Assembly: GCA_951406725.2 (NCBI GenBank)
Contig: OX597818.1
Coordinates: 143,096,001-143,160,000 of the forward strand
Length of the DNA: 64,000 nt
Direction of reading: 5' to 3'
Source: Octopus vulgaris
Taxonomy: Eukaryota
Part shown: one piece after another, positions 60,945 to 64,000 of the stretch
How positions within the stretch are numbered: the first letter of the stretch is position 1
Layout of the letters: each line of letters begins with the position of its first letter
Translations under genes and position numbers: made by a program
The notes under the pieces: model-generated
Seen by the model: the letters and a program-made list of their open reading frames with translations, nothing else
What the model was told of the DNA's origin: nothing
Databases searched by the model: none

Positions 60945-62904
60945 CCTACTCGTTAAAATAACGTAGACGCTGAGTATTCCACTGAGACATGTCATGTACC
61001 CTTCATGTATTTCTCAGAATATGTAACGAGGCTGGGAGCCGATCAATTACGGGTACAATCCGTCTGACAGACTTCCAAACAGCCTTTGTCTACCCAATTT
61101 CACTCACAAGACTCGGGTCGACTCGAGGCTATGGTAAAAAAATACTTACCCAGTGGAATTGAACGCAGTGGGATTGAACACGGGATCTCATGACAGCAAA
61201 GCGTGCTTTAACCACTCGGCAGTGCCTGCATCTGCCCGGAAATTACAAATTACTATTTTTGGTTTAAAAGAAGGCAGAGGATTAGCAGAAATAGAAGAGT
61301 GTTAGAGAAAATGCCTGTGGTATTTGTAGGCTACGAGTTCAAATCTCTCTGAGGTAAACTTTGCTCTTCATCTTTCCGAGGTCGATAAAATCGATTGTTC
61401 AATCCTACTCAATGTTAGAAATTATTATTTTATACTGTAACGCGGCACTGCCACATCACCGAATACTAAGTCTTTGGATTAGTTTGCGCCAACATTTTTG
61501 CATAATGAATCATTTCCACCCACCTCTACTTGAGACTTTCTCTAATTGACGTTTAAACGTTTGAAGGGGGAAATGTTTATTTTTGACCAGAATGTGAAAT
61601 GCTTTGTCAGAGAGAAGTGTCAACTATTACGATCAATCGATGTGTGTGTGTGTGTATGGATGAGTAATGCCATACCTCCCATCCATACTTCTGTAGAAAA
61701 TCACGGAAGCTCATAAACTAATTTTAGTTAACTTGCAATCCAATAGTAAAACACGGTTGTTGCTGTTGTTTGATAGAATCGTTTGAGTACCGGATAGAAT
61801 GTCTTGCGGTATTTGCTCCGACGCTTTGCTCTGAGTTCAAATTCCGCCTAATTCAATACTGTCTTCTATCATTTAGGAGTCGATAAAAAAACAGTATCAC
61901 CCTGATGGAACTTTAAGATAAACGGAGTGTATGTCTCGTGGAATTTATTCCACCTCTTTGCGTTCTGAGTTCAGATCCAGCCATCATGGCCTGCTTAGGT
62001 GGTAGATTTAATCTGTCGCTCGGTTTAACACCAGCACCTAGCAGATTGGGTGCTTTTACCGGAGTTCACTCTCTTGCAAGCATTCAAGCTTGGTCTCTGA
62101 TTTGAGGACAGCTCCTTCTTTTCGTCTCTCCCTTCCATCAGACACGGGCGCCTTGTGAAGGGTCATAGACATAAGCCGTCCGTCTTAAAAAATAAAGTCA
62201 GCCCTATTCGAGCAGATCCATAATAAAGGCTGTTTCAGAGTTTATCGTTCATTTTTCTATTTTAGACAGTGTTCTGACTACATTACCCAACATATATTTT
62301 GTTTCCAACATTAGGAATGGCTTCATTGGCGTTAAATATGATGATTGGAGAAACATTAAGGGCTAGACAACATTATTGCCTGGTTGAGTAAGCCAAGAAG
62401 GCAACTCTAAACGCTTTTGTTTGTTAAATTTCATCAGCAACAATACGGCCTTCGCTTATTTTGCAGGAACTGTGGCAACTAACATGTTATTTTGTTCTTC
62501 CTGTATTCTTTTTAAAAATAGTAAAGTAAATAGTTAAGAGAGATTTAGCAAATATTTACAGCTGGAAAAGTGGCCATATAGACGATCCTTCTTTGGCACG
62601 GGGATAAGACATTGGATTTCTGCTTTCATTAGTCTTGAGTTCATATTTCGTCTCCAGGTGCACCCATGTGCAAAACACTTTACTATCCACAAGCTCAATA
62701 ACATGTATTCAGAATATAATCCTATAAGCGCATATATGGCTACGTCTTTAGGAAGTTTGCATCTTCAGTATATGGTTTTGAAGTCATCTAGCTGCATGGC
62801 ACCTGTGGTTGACCAATAATCTGTGAGTGGAATTCAGTAGACGGATTAACTGTGCAGAAGTCCATTATGCATGCATGTATATATGTATGTATGTCACTAA
62901 ATAT

Positions 62905-63672
62905 TCTTTTCTACTCTAGGCACAAAGCCTGAAATTTTGGGGGAGGGGACCAGTCGATTAGATCGACCCCAGTACGCAACTGGCGCTTAATTTATCGACC
63001 CCGAAAGGATGAAAGGCAAAGTCGACCTCGGAGGAATTTGAACTCAGAACGTAAAGACAGACGAAATACCTATTTCTTTACTACCCACAAGAGTCTAAAC
63101 ACAGGGGGGACGAACAAGGACAGACAAACGGATTAAGTTGATTATATCGACCCCAGTGCGTAACAGGTACTTATTTAATCGACCCCGACAGGATGAAAGG
63201 CAAAGTCGACCTCGGCGGAATTTGAACTCAGAACATAAAGACAGACGAAATACCTATTTCTTTACTACCCACAAGAGGCTAAACACAGAGGGGACGAACA
63301 AGGACAGACAAACGGATTAAGTCGATTATATCGACCGCAGTGCGTAACTGGTACTTATTTAATCGACCCCGAAAGGATGAAAGGCAAAGTCGACCTCAGC
63401 GGAATTTGAACTCAGAACATAAAGACAGACGAAATACCTATTTCTTTACTACCCACAAGGGGCTAAACACAGAGGGGACGAACAAGGACAGACAAAGGGA
63501 TTAAGTCGATTGTATCGACCCCAGTGCGTAACAGGTACTTATTTAATCGACCCCGAAATGATGAAAGGCAAAGTCGGCCTCGGCGGAATTTGAACTCAGA
63601 ACGTAAAGACAGACGAAATATCGCTAAGCATTTCGCCCGGCGTGCTAACGTTTCTGCCAGCTTGCCACCTTA
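62905..63672 (-). repeat. SINE-derived tandem repeat, 184-bp period, ~4 units behind one tRNA head
   Basis: gaaata recurs at 63063, 63247, 63431 and 63615; the single SINE 5' head is at 63620-63672. Confidence 0.9.
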
Positions 63673-64000
63673 GTGTCACTAAACATTAATCACAGACTCG
63701 TCTGCTACAGCCACCAGAATTTGTACGTCTTCAAATGCGCTTCATCAGTCTCGTAAAGCACTTCTATGAGGTGACATCTTCATCGTGTATCCCAGTCATT
63801 GCAGGTGGTGCTAGAAGATCAGCGCCGCAACACTTTTGCGATTGGTCTTCGTAACTATTTCACTGTGAGGTACATGATCATACCAGGCAAATGCCGGAAT
63901 GTGCTGGAAGCTCAAGCGGAAGCATGCGAAGGACTTAATGTATCAATTTGTAAATTACCCAAACTTCATAGCTACAGAGGAAAATGGTGATACAAGCTGC

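Overview
AT-rich, repeat-dense eukaryotic (metazoan) DNA; the SINE families, (TA)n/(CA)n microsatellites and Penelope/RTE/CR1 remnants resemble octopus/cephalopod genomic DNA (inferred from repeat content). 1-20082 is the end of a tandem array of 3.2-5.6 kb units, each carrying one 295-nt 7SL (SRP) RNA gene on the minus strand (5 copies visible). The units differ by deletions, a SINE presence/absence polymorphism and a CR1 insertion. Next come a decayed CRE-clade non-LTR retrotransposon and non-autonomous Helitrons. A multi-exon TRMT12/TYW2 gene lies on the minus strand (5 exons recovered in frame, 29947-39150; first coding exon not located). Its introns contain a U6 snRNA-CR1 LINE chimeric retrocopy and a hammerhead ribozyme with an extended stem II. 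The remainder is SINEs, MITEs/foldbacks, LINE fragments and satellites. Most ORFs in the supplied track are spurious.
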